Assembly: GCA_963806225.1 (NCBI GenBank)
Contig: CAWDXG010000003.1
Span: 256,001-320,000 of the forward strand
DNA from: an uncultured delta proteobacterium
GTDB taxonomy: Bacteria > Myxococcota_A > Polyangia > Polyangiales > Polyangiaceae
DNA: 64,000 bases
Direction: 5' to 3'
Shown here: positions 63,501 through 64,000 of the stretch, piece after piece
Numbering within the stretch: the first letter of the stretch is position 1
Layout of the letters: every line of letters begins with the position of its first letter
Made by a program: the position numbers and the translations under genes
The notes under the pieces: generated by a model
Databases searched by the model: none
What the model was told of the DNA's origin: nothing
Seen by the model: the letters and a program-made list of their open reading frames with translations, nothing else

Positions 63501-64000
63501 CTTTGCGCGCCCGATCGAGGTCGAGGGCGACCGGGGTCGCCTCGACGCGCTCTCCGGTCTCATCCGTCCCTTCGTGCTGCGGCGCACGAAGCGCGAGGTG
63601 CTGCCGGAGCTCCCGCCGCGCACCGAGCGCGTGCAGCGCGTGCCGCTCTCCGCCGGCGAGCAGGCGCTGTACGACTCCGCGCGCCTGGCCGCGCTCGGCC
63701 GCATCCAGTCCGGCTCGAGCGATGCGCGCATCGAGCTTCTGGCGGCGCTCACGCGCCTGCGCCGTCTGGTCTGTCACCCGCGTCTGTACGACGCAGAGTC
63801 CACGCTGGCTTCGTCGAAGCTCGACGCTCTGCTCGAGATCCTCGCCGATCTCGGCGACGCCGGCCGCCGCGCGCTCGTCTTCAGCCAGTTCACGTCCTTT
63901 CTCGAGCTCGTGCAGAGCGCCGTCGCCCAGGCCGGCATTCCCGCGCTCCACCTCGACGGCTCCACGCCGGCGAAGGAGCGCGCGCGGCGCGTGGAAGCGT
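60535..64000 (+). CDS. SNF2-family helicase with SWIM zinc finger (runs off 3' end of window)
   Basis: Absent from the ORF track because it has no stop in the window. Read manually: CSC...RCPH, LRPYQVEG, LADDMGLGKT, LDEAQNVKN, LTGTPLEN, LRRTK, SSKL, LVFSQF. Confidence 0.92.
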   Translation, partial: MNEIDSLQGAFELLLDWNEALLEVPLVKLLPLLNGRQRQLLLSLAEQHDATSLAELWDALDDETLLLWTSPSQVRDLSLVVESLAQRGRAARPPSGAAGATERKPLEEWAAQHGIAERLRDPAAAMFGPGVDAGTSPFFDLRGSELTVLDAHLGDIPPAVLQEAKGLFRYYHKPRKGELTQAFRRYATHYLDGCAAAVARRREAEAEIAAFSADSSPGNAHAVRFARLCASARTDAHAHAPEPPPGLCFVLDAAFEPALLRVTVASRSFREGRWEQTRSTEVGLGRWELGELDLRCSCGQSGGRCPHAALALSTALGLLVQDRSPLFEHVRVPGWQRLVGALDELVTERARSAATESMERLAWRIEVKHGTVQLVPLVQKQGKKGGFTKGRRVEPHRLGASRRRAMSARERDALELLSRSYGAPERATLVAALRLLEKHPRLSIDGREEPPRIENVTLRVDIEEHGEAFELVTWLDDQRLAPADLLAAVDGTRHFVHLLPGENRCLVGELDSAALVMLRSIARHGAVVPRHAADELLRRLPELQEHVDVALPRSLLGRRVESDDRFHVALAEAAPGVVDVSVRICPFGQGPRLIPGHGLSRMTGTRGGRRVHVLRDLGAERARLERWLGASALSAAEALGPADRRVSGDADIVALLSLLEAGSAAGEIVAEWSGPPLRLAGTLSKSALTVEVSSRRDWLGVGGSAEIDGQRVELAMLLDAARSGRRWVKLAPRHFALLEAELVEAARDMADLLHRRERGLALPPALAGAFESAVDGARVDGADAFHAAVERARAARGYEPRVPRGLGQVLRPYQVEGYRWLARMARWGVGACLADDMGLGKTLQCLGVLLERKEQGPALVVAPTSLGYNWLDEAARFAPGLSVKLYRGKERASLLEALGPGSVLVTSYDIATRDVEALADIDFATLVLDEAQNVKNALTGRAKAIRKLRARWRVALTGTPLENRLAELWGLFDALEPGLLGGWEEFSRRFARPIEVEGDRGRLDALSGLIRPFVLRRTKREVLPELPPRTERVQRVPLSAGEQALYDSARLAALGRIQSGSSDARIELLAALTRLRRLVCHPRLYDAESTLASSKLDALLEILADLGDAGRRALVFSQFTSFLELVQSAVAQAGIPALHLDGSTPAKERARRVEA

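Overview
Very GC-rich bacterial chromosomal window, most likely Myxococcota (Polyangiaceae-like): MYXO-CTERM protein, many lipoproteins, Ser/Thr kinases and Gly-rich proteins. About 45 genes or gene remnants. Core-like part (1-39 kb): IPT/TIG and IgGFc-binding lipoproteins, Zn metalloprotease, cyaY, ileS, thiE-like, thiG, MFS, DegT and hexapeptide acetyltransferase, cheR/cheW, lipid A acyltransferase, MlaF-like ATPase. Accessory part (40-64 kb): XPB-like helicase plus DUF790 nuclease, a kinase/PEGA/Gly-rich lipoprotein operon, three toxin-antitoxin-like pairs, Uma2 and a SWIM-SNF2 helicase. The most striking signal is non-coding. About 13 intergenic arrays share one 51-bp palindromic repeat skeleton in three subtypes with compensatory arm changes. 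Seven of them belong to a recurring composite module: [short tandem]-[51-bp array]-[~100-bp covarying hairpin element]-[short tandem resembling the element's own interior]. One locus preserves filled and empty versions of the same site, and an HUH/Y1 (RAYT-like) transposase gene sits between two arrays. Several genes carry single-base frameshifts that may be assembly errors. No rRNA, tRNA or CRISPR array was recognised. All calls are by-eye motif recognition, with no database searches; copy numbers are approximate.
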